Source of the DNA: a virus
Strand: one strand, 5' to 3'
Length of the DNA: 37,753 bases
IMG/VR virus record: IMGVR_UViG_3300012346_000262
Location: 1-37,753 of that record
A program made the translations under genes and the position numbers. Position 1 is the stretch's first letter. Each line of letters begins with the position of its first letter. Shown in pieces: positions 14,068 to 23,350 of this stretch. Under the pieces are notes generated by a model that made no database searches, was not told where the DNA came from, and was given only the letters and a program-made list of their open reading frames with translations.

Positions 14068-15366
14068 TTACTCCCATGCAACCACAATTGAGCCAGCATC
14101 AAAAGCGTCTGTACCAGCAACTGTTGTAATTGAAATTCTGTCAAGCGTTGCGCTCAGTGTTTTTCGTCCAGTGCCAAGCACAAAATTAGTGTTGTTGATG
14201 TCGCCCTGAAACGTCATTAGCCAAGTATGTGAAGTGTTAACCCTTGAAAAAATAACTGCGCCCGATAAAACATCACTTGCTGCCCAACTTCCAGTTAAAC
14301 CAAAACCAGTCGTCTGCTGAATGTTCAGCACGTCAACAGTAAGACCTAGCGAGGTATATCCAGACGCTTCAATGCCGCCAGAATCTCCTAATTGGACAAT
14401 CGGTAAAGATGTGCCGTTTGTTGACACGCCACTAAGGAACAAAGACACGCGCTTTGCAGCAGCAGGAATCGAAGTAGTCAGCGATACGCTAGTTCCACTC
14501 GTTGTCGCTACGGAACTATTTAGCGTGATGTTTTCATGAACGTGATCTTGACGAGCATATCTAAGCGAAGTACCTACGGCAGCAGTGCCGTTATCTAGCG
14601 GGTTTGTGTTTGCTGGCAAAAGGCCAGCCGGTGAATATGCCAGCACTTCTACCGTGTTTGATGCAGTGGCACGTAAGATGCAAGTATCACCCGCAGCCGT
14701 TGTGATCGTCGCGCCGGTTTGCGTGATGATTGCAGCGTTATTTGTGAGATTCAGTGCAGCATTAAAACGAACAAAATAGCACAGCCCAGCCACTACGGTG
14801 AAGCCATCTATCTGAGTCGTTCCAGTGATGTTGATATGACGAGTATTCGGAGCGCCCGACGTAAGGTTTACAGTTGTCGCGCTTGCAACATCAATTCTCG
14901 TAGTGTTCAAAAAGTCAGTTGCTGAGACTAAGGCTTGACCACTTGCACGGATATAGCTAATCACCGCCCAGCCTGAGCCGGACTGAGCAGGCACAGCGAT
15001 AGCGGTATCGTTTGCAGCCGTGGTGATGTTTGCAGCCGTTGGGAGTATCAGGCTTGATGCGTTGTGAGTTAGCGTCAGAATGCCGCCGAATCGCAGGAAA
15101 CGCACTCCGGTGTAATTTGTACCAAAACCGGTGATTGTCGTTGTACCTGAGATTTCAACGAATGGCGAATTTTGAGCGCCGATGTCTGTAGTTGTCGCAG
15201 AGGCTAGGGATACGGGGGTTGACGTTCCCTTGCCATCCCGAAGGAGTGCGATAAACGAGGCGTGAGCACGTTGCACGTTGTCTAAATCAGATGGCGAATC
15301 AGTGCCAGCCGGGTAATTGCTTGAGGCTGTCTGTGATAGGTCGGTTATGGCTGTTGGCACTGGCAT
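14068..15366 (-). CDS. tail fibre / receptor-binding protein (432 aa)
   Basis: N-terminus 'ITDLSQTASSNYPAGTDSPSDLDNVQRAHASFIALLRDG' is typical of phage tail-fibre N-termini. Thr/Ala/Asn-rich beta-type sequence with an internal duplication. Confidence 0.65.
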   Translation of the reverse strand: MPVPTAITDLSQTASSNYPAGTDSPSDLDNVQRAHASFIALLRDGKGTSTPVSLASATTTDIGAQNSPFVEISGTTTITGFGTNYTGVRFLRFGGILTLTHNASSLILPTAANITTAANDTAIAVPAQSGSGWAVISYIRASGQALVSATDFLNTTRIDVASATTVNLTSGAPNTRHINITGTTQIDGFTVVAGLCYFVRFNAALNLTNNAAIITQTGATITTAAGDTCILRATASNTVEVLAYSPAGLLPANTNPLDNGTAAVGTSLRYARQDHVHENITLNSSVATTSGTSVSLTTSIPAAAKRVSLFLSGVSTNGTSLPIVQLGDSGGIEASGYTSLGLTVDVLNIQQTTGFGLTGSWAASDVLSGAVIFSRVNTSHTWLMTFQGDINNTNFVLGTGRKTLSATLDRISITTVAGTDAFDAGSIVVAWE

Positions 15367-15452
15367 GATGTTTCCCTTAGAATGTGGTGATGGATAAACC
15401 GATAATCATTGGCTGGCTTTTGTCTTTGATTATTCTTTGGATAATTGACTAT

Positions 15453-17582
15453 TTATGGCGCAGAAAGTAGCCCGCCAGCCGCAGCAGCAGGCAACAAAAA
15501 CGGCTGATACATCGGCAATTTAGGTTGCTCTCTTAACAATCCGGGCATGATGTTTTGCGCTGCCCTTGTATTGATTGAAGTCGTGATATTTGATAATGGG
15601 TCAAGGATTGCAGCTTTTCCAAAAGGCAATTTACCCGCCAAGCCTTGCAAAGCATCAAACCCAAGCCCCGCAACCATTGCGCCGCTGTTTGAGTTGTTAA
15701 CAGCAGAACCCACAGGCTGAGATTGCATCAAAGACGCAACACGGCCATTTAATCGAAGCGCTCTTAGCTCTTCTGGCGAAAAAATGATAGATAGTTTTCT
15801 TTCCCCGATTGAATCCAAAGCGCTGTTAAACGCCGATTGACTGAATTTGCCAACTTCGTCGCTTGAACGATTCAGCGCCTTGGTTTTCAAGTGAGATAGA
15901 ACGGCATTTTTTACCTGAGCCGCGCCTTGTGGCCCAACTTGGTTAAGCACGTCAGCCGCCTCCCTAGCTGTGCCGCCAACGATAAACCTATTCGCAATCC
16001 GTTGCGGGTCGCTCATCGCACCTTCTGAAAGAACGGAGCGGACTAGCGGGCTAGAATCCTCATAGCCGTATGCTGTAGCCGTGGCCTGCCTTGCCCTATT
16101 GATTGCATCAATTGAGCTATCTACAGCGTTATCCGTGGCTCGCATGCCTGCCGCTGTTCCTTGAGTCACCAAAGAGCCAGCGGGCGCAGCAAATCCAGCG
16201 GGTGCAAGGTCGGCCTCCATCAAAACACGACGCGCTAAAGCCGCCGCAGCAGCCTCGTTTCCACCTTTTGATGCTTCTTTTGAAAGCATAGACATCAGGT
16301 TTTTGTATGCCTGTGGTGTAAATGGTGCGCCATTCTGAAAAGCATCAATGTATTTGCTTACGCCGGGACTCATGAAAGGCATAAGCCCTTCTTCATCCAG
16401 CGCGGCATTCACACGGCTAAGAACACCCGCCGATATTTGCTGCTTGTAACCGGGTGATGTTTTTGCGGCTTCCCATGCGGTGCGTTCTGCGTTTCTTAAT
16501 CCTGCTTGGTTTCTCAAAATTGAATTTGCAACAGTTTCACCAGCCCTTAGCGGGTTTCCTTGATTAGCACCAAGCTGATTCATGTTTTGAATCAATCTTG
16601 CATTGTTTTGATTTTGAATCAACGCAAGCCCTTGTAATCCTTCATCGGATGTGTTTGCGCCCATCTTAGCAAGATTCATCTCTTTTGTAATCTGCACTGG
16701 ATTTTGGGAAACCATGCCACGAGTCGGAGTTATGCCAGCCTCTTGGAAAGCCGCTAACCTAGACAGCGCAGCAGGGTCAATTTCTCGATTAGTGTTCAAT
16801 GCGCCTTGCAGTTGGCCGCGAAGTGATTGCTTAACCCTTTCAGGCATTTCGTCGTAATCAACCCCTGATTGTCTAAGTAAGCCGCTAATCCTGATATCCA
16901 TTTGCTGTGGGGTCATGCCACGCCCAAGCATCTGTTTTCCTAAGTTCGTAGCGCCTTGGCCAAAAGCCATTGCACCGCTTGTGGCTAGACCGCCACCAAC
17001 ACCGCCAAGCAAAGCGGATAAACCTTGCTGCAAATCAGTTCCACCGGCTTCGCGTGACGAACCACCAGCCAAGCCAGCACCAGCCGCCGCGCCACTTTGC
17101 TGTGCAGGGTTTGCCGCCAAGAATGAAAGCGTTTTAGCCGCTACAGGCTCTGCGTATTGCGATAGCTTTTGAGCGCCGCCGCCTAATGCCATAGCACCTG
17201 ATACCATTTTTGAGGCATCGCCTATGACACGTTCGTTTGAGCCTTGCGGAGTTGGTAGCCCTAAAGTATTTGCAAGATCAGAAGCAATCCGGCCAGCGCT
17301 TTTTGTTTTGCCTACACTTCCTGTAAGCCTATCAGTTACATATCTAAATGGCTCGCTGAGAATCTCCGCGCTTTGCCCTAAACCTTCAATGCCATACCTA
17401 GCCGTTAAGCCAAGCTGCCGCCCAATGTCGTTAACCATGCTACCGGCTTTGACAGATGCTGGCTTTGCTTCTTGTGTTTTTCTAGCCGCGACGATTGCAT
17501 CAGCCAGTTGACGCGCAGCATCAACATCCCCCGCTTTATCGGCATTGATTAACGCATCTTGCATCTGTTCTATGGTTGCCAT
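15453..17582 (-). CDS. large Gly/Ala/Gln-rich internal virion (ejection) protein, positional analogue of P22 gp16
   Basis: 709 aa of low-complexity sequence. Its position at the end of the ejection-protein series is the basis; no enzymatic motif recognised. Confidence 0.5.
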   Translation of the reverse strand: MATIEQMQDALINADKAGDVDAARQLADAIVAARKTQEAKPASVKAGSMVNDIGRQLGLTARYGIEGLGQSAEILSEPFRYVTDRLTGSVGKTKSAGRIASDLANTLGLPTPQGSNERVIGDASKMVSGAMALGGGAQKLSQYAEPVAAKTLSFLAANPAQQSGAAAGAGLAGGSSREAGGTDLQQGLSALLGGVGGGLATSGAMAFGQGATNLGKQMLGRGMTPQQMDIRISGLLRQSGVDYDEMPERVKQSLRGQLQGALNTNREIDPAALSRLAAFQEAGITPTRGMVSQNPVQITKEMNLAKMGANTSDEGLQGLALIQNQNNARLIQNMNQLGANQGNPLRAGETVANSILRNQAGLRNAERTAWEAAKTSPGYKQQISAGVLSRVNAALDEEGLMPFMSPGVSKYIDAFQNGAPFTPQAYKNLMSMLSKEASKGGNEAAAAALARRVLMEADLAPAGFAAPAGSLVTQGTAAGMRATDNAVDSSIDAINRARQATATAYGYEDSSPLVRSVLSEGAMSDPQRIANRFIVGGTAREAADVLNQVGPQGAAQVKNAVLSHLKTKALNRSSDEVGKFSQSAFNSALDSIGERKLSIIFSPEELRALRLNGRVASLMQSQPVGSAVNNSNSGAMVAGLGFDALQGLAGKLPFGKAAILDPLSNITTSINTRAAQNIMPGLLREQPKLPMYQPFLLPAAAAGGLLSAP

Positions 17583-18856
17583 TATCTGCTCCGATATTTT
17601 TCTACAAGTGGGTCAATGCTTGTTGGTGCGCCAATTTGCGGAAGCGATGGAGAGTGCTTCAATAATGGCTCAAGCCCTTGCACAGAATAAAACGGCACTA
17701 GATTTTTAGTTTCCTCTTTCCCGCCAAGCGTCCCCAACAAATCGGCATGTGATTTTGCTTGGTAATTAGCTGCGCGTTTTGTCAAAGTAACAAGGTCTTG
17801 AAGCTCGCCAGTTGTCAAATCTCCAATGTCGCCAGAATCAGCCTTCGCTACCGCAGCGGCTTCGCTTTCCGTTACTTGGCCTTGGCCTTGCAATTGCTTC
17901 CTAGCTTCCACCGACATCTGAGCAAGCGACTTGATAACCTGCCTTGTTTGTCTGATTGAATCATCGTTGCCACCGCCAATAACTTGTGCAAACTGCTTAA
18001 CAGTTTGAATCTGGTTAGCCATCGGGCCTGCGGTGACTTTGTTGCTTGCTAGTGCTTTTTCAATTCGATCAGCCGCATCAAACATCTTTACAGCGCCTTG
18101 CGTTTGAATGCGCGAATCTTTAGCCATTCCGCCAACTTGAGAGGCTAGACTCTCGCCCATTTTGTTATCAACTTTCATGCTGATATTACTAGCACCGGCT
18201 TTTTTCTGAGCCGTTTGAAAGTCGTTGAATGAGCCTTGATAGCCTTGGCTTTGTGCATATTCGTACTCTCGCACAGCACTAGGCAATTCAGGAACTTTCT
18301 TAGGCCCTTGCGCGATAACTTTATCGCCTTTATATCTAATTTGCCCTTCTCCTAAAGTAAAAGCCTCTTCTTCTTTAGGTGCGAAATTCTTTGTGTATTC
18401 CATTGCTTTCAATGGGTTTAACACGCTTGGCAGATTCTGTAAAAATGCTTTTTGATCGAACCCGCCAGCCTGAGACGGAGCGCCGGGAGTCGGTGAAATA
18501 CGCATGTAATCAGGCAATGCAGCGTTAATATCATCCGTAGCGGATCTAGCTGCCGTTGGCTGAGTCATAAACCGCTTTGCAAGTTCGTTAACCGCCTTTT
18601 CCTCTGCATCGGTTTGGGCTTGCATCTCAGCATCACGCTTGCGTTTCTGAGCTTGCGCCATCAAGTCCTGCATCTGGAATTGCTGCATCTGCTTTTGCAT
18701 GTCCCGATCTTGTTGACCTTGCACATACCCTAAAGCGCTTTGTAGTCGTTGGCCAAAGCCCATTTGAGACGGGCCAGCCGCAGCGAGCAAGCCTAGACCT
18801 AACCGGCCTTGATCGCTGTTCAGTGCTTTTGCGAAGTCGTAGTCTAGTAAGCCCAT
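17582..18856 (-). CDS. internal virion (ejection) protein, positional analogue of P22 gp20 (424 aa)
   Basis: The start is taken at ATG 18856, immediately after the upstream TAA. The longer listed ORF overlaps 18858..19310. Confidence 0.5.
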   Translation of the reverse strand: MGLLDYDFAKALNSDQGRLGLGLLAAAGPSQMGFGQRLQSALGYVQGQQDRDMQKQMQQFQMQDLMAQAQKRKRDAEMQAQTDAEEKAVNELAKRFMTQPTAARSATDDINAALPDYMRISPTPGAPSQAGGFDQKAFLQNLPSVLNPLKAMEYTKNFAPKEEEAFTLGEGQIRYKGDKVIAQGPKKVPELPSAVREYEYAQSQGYQGSFNDFQTAQKKAGASNISMKVDNKMGESLASQVGGMAKDSRIQTQGAVKMFDAADRIEKALASNKVTAGPMANQIQTVKQFAQVIGGGNDDSIRQTRQVIKSLAQMSVEARKQLQGQGQVTESEAAAVAKADSGDIGDLTTGELQDLVTLTKRAANYQAKSHADLLGTLGGKEETKNLVPFYSVQGLEPLLKHSPSLPQIGAPTSIDPLVEKYRSR

Positions 18857-18857
18857 G

Positions 18858-19310
18858 TTAGCCCCTATCATCGCGGTGGAATTGATACAAGTCGCTAAAA
18901 GTCTGCGGAGCTGCTGCTTGTGGCGTTGCTTGCATCGCGGGTTGTTGTGAAACCGGCGTTTGAAAACCACCCATCGCATATGTCTGAGGTTTGAAGCCAC
19001 CAAAGCTCATTGCCTTTGGTCTTTGAAGCGGGTTTGTGCGGTCAAACGTGCCAGAGTTCAATCCTGCCAGCAACTGAGGCAACATAGACCGATACGCATC
19101 GCTCATGCCGAATGCGTTGCTATAGGCATTCTGTTGTTGTTGGCTGAATGGGTTAGTCATGTACCTGTTTTGCAGTTCTTGACCTTGCGTGATGTTGTTT
19201 TGCATCCAAGGTTGCGCGGGAGCCCACGGAGATCGCTCCGCTGTCTGTGAAGAGCCTCCACCATCATCACCAAGCAAACCACCAATTAATGCGCCGCCGA
19301 GTTGTTCCAT
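18858..19310 (-). CDS. Gln/Pro-rich virion protein (150 aa), positional analogue of P22 gp7
   Basis: Operon context and composition only. Confidence 0.45.
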   Translation of the reverse strand: MEQLGGALIGGLLGDDGGGSSQTAERSPWAPAQPWMQNNITQGQELQNRYMTNPFSQQQQNAYSNAFGMSDAYRSMLPQLLAGLNSGTFDRTNPLQRPKAMSFGGFKPQTYAMGGFQTPVSQQPAMQATPQAAAPQTFSDLYQFHRDDRG

Positions 19311-19311
19311 G

Positions 19312-19668
19312 TCATAACCCCTTTTCCATTGTTACCGTCATGAGCTTAAAGTCTGGTCGTTTCCTTAACCATCCCTTGCGCCCTGCAAATATGATCTTGT
19401 TGCACCCCACCTCACGCCCGAAGGCTTCTATTTCGCTGATTAGATCAGGTTCATAGTCTCCGGTAACAGCTACTATTTTAATAGCGCGTCCCGTTTTTGT
19501 CGCGTGTACCGTGGTGATTGCTCGAAAATTGTTATGCTGCCAAGCCTGTGCTAGATCATGTTCGCATAGGTCTTTGTAATGTTCCACTGTCTCAGTCTCA
19601 GAAAGCTCAAAAGCAGGCTCTAAAGCCTGAAAATCAAAGCTATCTAAGTAGATGAGTGGAACAAGCAT
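19312..19668 (-). CDS. hypothetical protein (118 aa)
   Basis: Coupled ORF in the virion module. Confidence 0.55.
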   Translation of the reverse strand: MLVPLIYLDSFDFQALEPAFELSETETVEHYKDLCEHDLAQAWQHNNFRAITTVHATKTGRAIKIVAVTGDYEPDLISEIEAFGREVGCNKIIFAGRKGWLRKRPDFKLMTVTMEKGL

Positions 19669-20270
19669 TAATAGACCCCCCAGCGCTTCAATGGGTCTTG
19701 ATTATTCCCACTGTTAGCCACCGCCCCGCCTAACTGCCAACCACCCAAAGCGCCAGTAAGAGGCGAGCCTTGCATTGATGTCGTGCTTGTAGTCGTACCA
19801 CCCTGCCCGCCGATCTGGTTCGCCATGTTGTTGAACTGACCAAAGTAGTTCAATGGCGCGTTTTGGATGTTTGTGGCGTTCGTTTGATCTTGCTGATTGA
19901 ACTGATTACCCGTTGACAGTAAGCCCATGTAGTTTTGTAGGTTCTGCTGATTTTGGGAAAACGCATCGTTAAACAGACCTCGGTTAAAGTCCTGATCCCA
20001 TCGGTACATATTTTGTTGATTGTTGTAATCAGCTGCCCGTAGGTTGTTAGCCTGATTGCCTAGGTTCTTTTGAAGATCGTATTGTTGATTCTGTTGAACC
20101 TGCATCAATCCAGAATTGCCAAACGAACCAGAGCGAGCCATTGCGCTCTCAGTCTGAGGCTTAATCGTCATGTTGTAATTTCTGACGGTATCGCCTAGAC
20201 TCTGGTCAATGAGTCCTTGCAGATAGGGATTATTCTGTCCCAAAAATGGATTGCCTGAGTTGAAGTCCAT
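19668..20270 (-). CDS. Gln/Asn-rich low-complexity virion protein (200 aa)
   Basis: Composition, for example 'NNQQNMYRWDQDFNRGLFNDAFSQNQQNLQNYMGLLSTGNQFNQQDQTNATNIQN'. Confidence 0.5.
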   Translation of the reverse strand: MDFNSGNPFLGQNNPYLQGLIDQSLGDTVRNYNMTIKPQTESAMARSGSFGNSGLMQVQQNQQYDLQKNLGNQANNLRAADYNNQQNMYRWDQDFNRGLFNDAFSQNQQNLQNYMGLLSTGNQFNQQDQTNATNIQNAPLNYFGQFNNMANQIGGQGGTTTSTTSMQGSPLTGALGGWQLGGAVANSGNNQDPLKRWGVY

Positions 20271-20271
20271 A

Positions 20272-20559
20272 TCAATTCCCCGTTAAAGTCCTGTTTTGTA
20301 GCCATGTACCCGGTGCGCCCGATACGGTACAAGTCCAACCAATGATGATGTATTTAGACCCGCCTGAGCCTAGCTCGCTTGGGTCACTGTTGCGAATGAA
20401 ATCACCTTTAGCCCATGTACCCGTAGTCGGTGCTGCTGTGGCTGCGTTGTATGTCCCCGATAACTGGCCTTCGCTGATTGCGTTAACCTGAGTCATCACC
20501 TCGCGCATCCATTGCGCAACTTCTTGCGTCACGTTAACCGGTGGGGGTTTGATCTTCAT
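20272..20559 (-). CDS. hypothetical virion-module protein (95 aa)
   Basis: Coupled ORF. Confidence 0.55.
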   Translation of the reverse strand: MKIKPPPVNVTQEVAQWMREVMTQVNAISEGQLSGTYNAATAAPTTGTWAKGDFIRNSDPSELGSGGSKYIIIGWTCTVSGAPGTWLQNRTLTGN

Positions 20560-22016
20560 TCTGTCCCCTCTGGCACGATGACAGCACCATAGGCCAACAC
20601 CTTGGCGTTACCAGTGAAGTCAAACTTAGCGCGATGCCAGCGGCCTGATTGAAGTACATCAAACTTGCCATCATTCAAAACGCCGGTTTGCCGGGTTGTC
20701 AGTGAATCGCCTATCGTTGGTTTTGTAAACGTGGTGATGTTCGCCGTCGTTGGAATGTTATCCGGTGCGTATCTGACACGTACCTTTGTCAAGCAAGAAT
20801 ATCTATCATCGTCACCAGCATCGCCCGTTGTAAACGATGAGGCACCAGAAGCGCCCGTAAGTAGTTGGAGTTGATGCGATGTATTAAAGGCAGCGAGCGC
20901 CTTTGCGCCTGCGTTCCATATCGGAGAGTCGAAGGTATAAGTACTTAGACCATCAATCGTTGCAGAGATAGCGCTTAGACCGTCAATCGTCACGCCCGAT
21001 GCGATGTAGTTCAGCGCCGATTGAATGTTGATTGTGACGCGCCCCCATTGTTTTGATAGGGTATGCCACACCAAAGCCTGATCTAGCGTTGTCGAGTTTG
21101 TGGATGGATAAAACACCCATACAAGTTGATTTTGTCGATCATAGACACACTGAGTACGGTACAAATAGTTCGGGTTTGAGTTGTTATAGAACCACTGTCT
21201 TACAGACCCAGTTCCTAGCGGTGTAGGGGTTGAGCCTGAGAACAGCCAGAAGTTATCCGTACCGACAACAAAGTGACCGCCGCCAATGTCGCATAAGGCA
21301 TCTTGACCGATACAGCCAGCCTCACCACCTTGCACTTGTCGCCAATCCCACACACCGGGAGCGCCGACAAACTGCCCTAGATAGATTGCCTTTTCTTTGT
21401 ACGCAATCGCATATTCGCCCAATCGAGCGCCAGCCGTAATCCGTCCAGGCGTGGAGACCAATCGCCCAGTTGTGGCAAGCGTCGCTACATCTGGTGTCCA
21501 ATCGGTGTCATCAAACGAGGCGCAGCACCACCATCTATCGGGGGATGTGCCGTAAGTACCATCTACCGTATTTAGCGCCATGACAAACGAGCCGACGCTA
21601 AAAATGATCTTTGCCTTCGGAGCGCCTGAAATATCCGAAAAAGCGCCAGAGCCGTTAGAGCGCTGGATGGTGTCTGCGAGATTCGACGCTAACGTAGCAT
21701 CACCAAATTGAGCGAATGACCATCTTGTATCCACGCCTCCGGTGTAGTTTCCTACTCTCGCAACATCAGTCCACGAACCACTTGAAAGCTCATACAGTTT
21801 TGTCGTCGTGCCTGCGAATGTCCTGCGCGAATCGTCTAGCTTAGTCACCACAGCAGCACCAATGCAAGCCGCAGCTAAGGCAGGTACGTTGCTAGGAGTT
21901 TGCCCAGTTGGAGCGCTTTTCATGCCCTGTTCATAGGGAATGAAGTTAGAGCAATCCGTGATTATCCCTGCCGCATTAGGCTCTGCGTCTGGGGAAAATC
22001 CTAGGAGTTTATCCAT
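20556..22016 (-). CDS. tail hub/adaptor-sized structural protein (486 aa), positional and size analogue of P22 gp10
   Basis: Position after the coat and adaptor genes, plus beta-rich sequence. No motif-level identification. Confidence 0.45.
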   Translation of the reverse strand: MDKLLGFSPDAEPNAAGIITDCSNFIPYEQGMKSAPTGQTPSNVPALAAACIGAAVVTKLDDSRRTFAGTTTKLYELSSGSWTDVARVGNYTGGVDTRWSFAQFGDATLASNLADTIQRSNGSGAFSDISGAPKAKIIFSVGSFVMALNTVDGTYGTSPDRWWCCASFDDTDWTPDVATLATTGRLVSTPGRITAGARLGEYAIAYKEKAIYLGQFVGAPGVWDWRQVQGGEAGCIGQDALCDIGGGHFVVGTDNFWLFSGSTPTPLGTGSVRQWFYNNSNPNYLYRTQCVYDRQNQLVWVFYPSTNSTTLDQALVWHTLSKQWGRVTINIQSALNYIASGVTIDGLSAISATIDGLSTYTFDSPIWNAGAKALAAFNTSHQLQLLTGASGASSFTTGDAGDDDRYSCLTKVRVRYAPDNIPTTANITTFTKPTIGDSLTTRQTGVLNDGKFDVLQSGRWHRAKFDFTGNAKVLAYGAVIVPEGTE

Positions 22017-22648
22017 TAAGCACCTGCGGAGACGCGGCCACCGTTAAACGAAGCATCGGCATATTGCATCATGCGTTTGTGCGGGTCGATATTCCCATAC
22101 TGAGCATTGATAGCTTGAATGCCTCGCTGATAGTATTTGTCCCAAACATCAATGCGGGAATCATTCATTAGGTACGGAGCGGCCTCTAGCAAGGTAGCAT
22201 AAAGCAGGGTGTCTGGAGCGTTCAAGATATACCAGTTCGTCGCGTTTGAATCACTGAGCGCGGTTTCCTTCTTGAAGTAGGTTGTGGCCAGATTACCGCC
22301 TGCTGCCCACGTTGGAGCGACTTGGATGTTAGTTCCGAGCATCGTATAGACCCAAGGCACACCAGTGCCTGAGAGTCGGTCGATTGTGTCAGGAGGCACG
22401 TATTGAAGCTCTGCGCCGTTAGCGATAGCCACGTTCACAAGCGATAGAAAGCCAGTAGGTAGCGCTACTGTGTTACCGCCTGCGCTCACCGTTAGGTTTG
22501 TCGTTGCCAATAGCTGAGATATGCGTAAGTCCCGCGCCATTCTCCATTCAGCCATTGTGATGAAGTCGGGGATATTCGCTGTCAAGTCGTTGCGGTGAAG
22601 CCACGTTGCGGCAGCGGTTTTAAGCTCTGAATAGTTGGTGATTGCCAT
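22016..22648 (-). CDS. head-completion/adaptor-like protein, paralogue B (210 aa)
   Basis: N-terminus 'MAITNYSELKTAAATWLHRNDLTANIPDFITMAE' parallels that of the neighbouring gene. Confidence 0.5.
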   Translation of the reverse strand: MAITNYSELKTAAATWLHRNDLTANIPDFITMAEWRMARDLRISQLLATTNLTVSAGGNTVALPTGFLSLVNVAIANGAELQYVPPDTIDRLSGTGVPWVYTMLGTNIQVAPTWAAGGNLATTYFKKETALSDSNATNWYILNAPDTLLYATLLEAAPYLMNDSRIDVWDKYYQRGIQAINAQYGNIDPHKRMMQYADASFNGGRVSAGA

Positions 22649-22650
22649 TA

Positions 22651-23298
22651 TTAGCCTCTTAGGATGTTAAATGATGTGCGGTCTAGTGATGCGGGAATGT
22701 CTGTACGTAGCACAGCGTTGGCGTTTTGATTCCAGTCTGATTTATTCGCACCGTCCAAAGATGACATAAACAAATCACGCCATGTTGGAATTCTTGCGTC
22801 ACTGATATATGGCGCAGCGTTAGCCAAAGCACCATACAAATACACATCAGGGAAAAACGTCAGTATGTCGTTTGTAGTGTTTGAATCGCTCAGAGCAGTG
22901 ATGCGGCCTTGATAGACAATGGAGACTGTATAGGCGCGATCAGGAACAGGCCAGAAGTAGAACAGTGAGCCAATGACAGTAGATAGAACGGGCTGGCCGG
23001 GATTTCTGTCCTCTGAGCGCTTTCTATAGCTGTCAGGTGTCGTTACCTCCACGTCATCGTATGGAGATACGCTTGTTATCTTGACGTTCTTAACGCTCAG
23101 AAGGTCACTAGGGGCTGTGACTGTCTCTGTATTTGTAGATGTTGCAATCGTTCCGATCTTTTCAAGGAAACGAGAATCCAAACGCTGATTGATCTGCGAT
23201 TCTGCTAACTGAATCATGTCGGGTACGTTAGCGGTCAAGTCTGCGCGTTGCAGAATTGAAACCACCGCAGACCGCAAATCAGAGTAATTGGTAATCAT
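22651..23298 (-). CDS. head-completion/adaptor-like protein, paralogue A (215 aa)
   Basis: N-terminus 'MITNYSDLRSAVVSILQRADLTANVPDMIQLAE'. Both paralogues also share 'TALSDSN.TN' and 'YLYGALANAAPY/LLYATLLEAAPY'. Confidence 0.5.
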   Translation of the reverse strand: MITNYSDLRSAVVSILQRADLTANVPDMIQLAESQINQRLDSRFLEKIGTIATSTNTETVTAPSDLLSVKNVKITSVSPYDDVEVTTPDSYRKRSEDRNPGQPVLSTVIGSLFYFWPVPDRAYTVSIVYQGRITALSDSNTTNDILTFFPDVYLYGALANAAPYISDARIPTWRDLFMSSLDGANKSDWNQNANAVLRTDIPASLDRTSFNILRG

Positions 23299-23310
23299 TA
23301 AGCACCCCTA

Positions 23311-23340
23311 AAGAGAAGCCCCCTCGTGAGAAGGGGCAGC
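23311..23340 (-). terminator. rho-independent terminator after the major capsid gene
   Basis: Minus strand reads GCCCCTTC-TCAC-GAGGGGGC (8-bp stem including one G-U, tetraloop) followed by TTCTCTTT. It begins 13 nt after the coat stop. Confidence 0.7.
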
Positions 23341-23350
23341 GCTTTAGCGC

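Noticed and set aside
14068-15366. Diversity-generating retroelement targeting the tail fibre (as in BPP-1-like podophages)
   Set aside because: There is no reverse transcriptase gene, and no template-repeat copy of the fibre 3' end elsewhere in the window.
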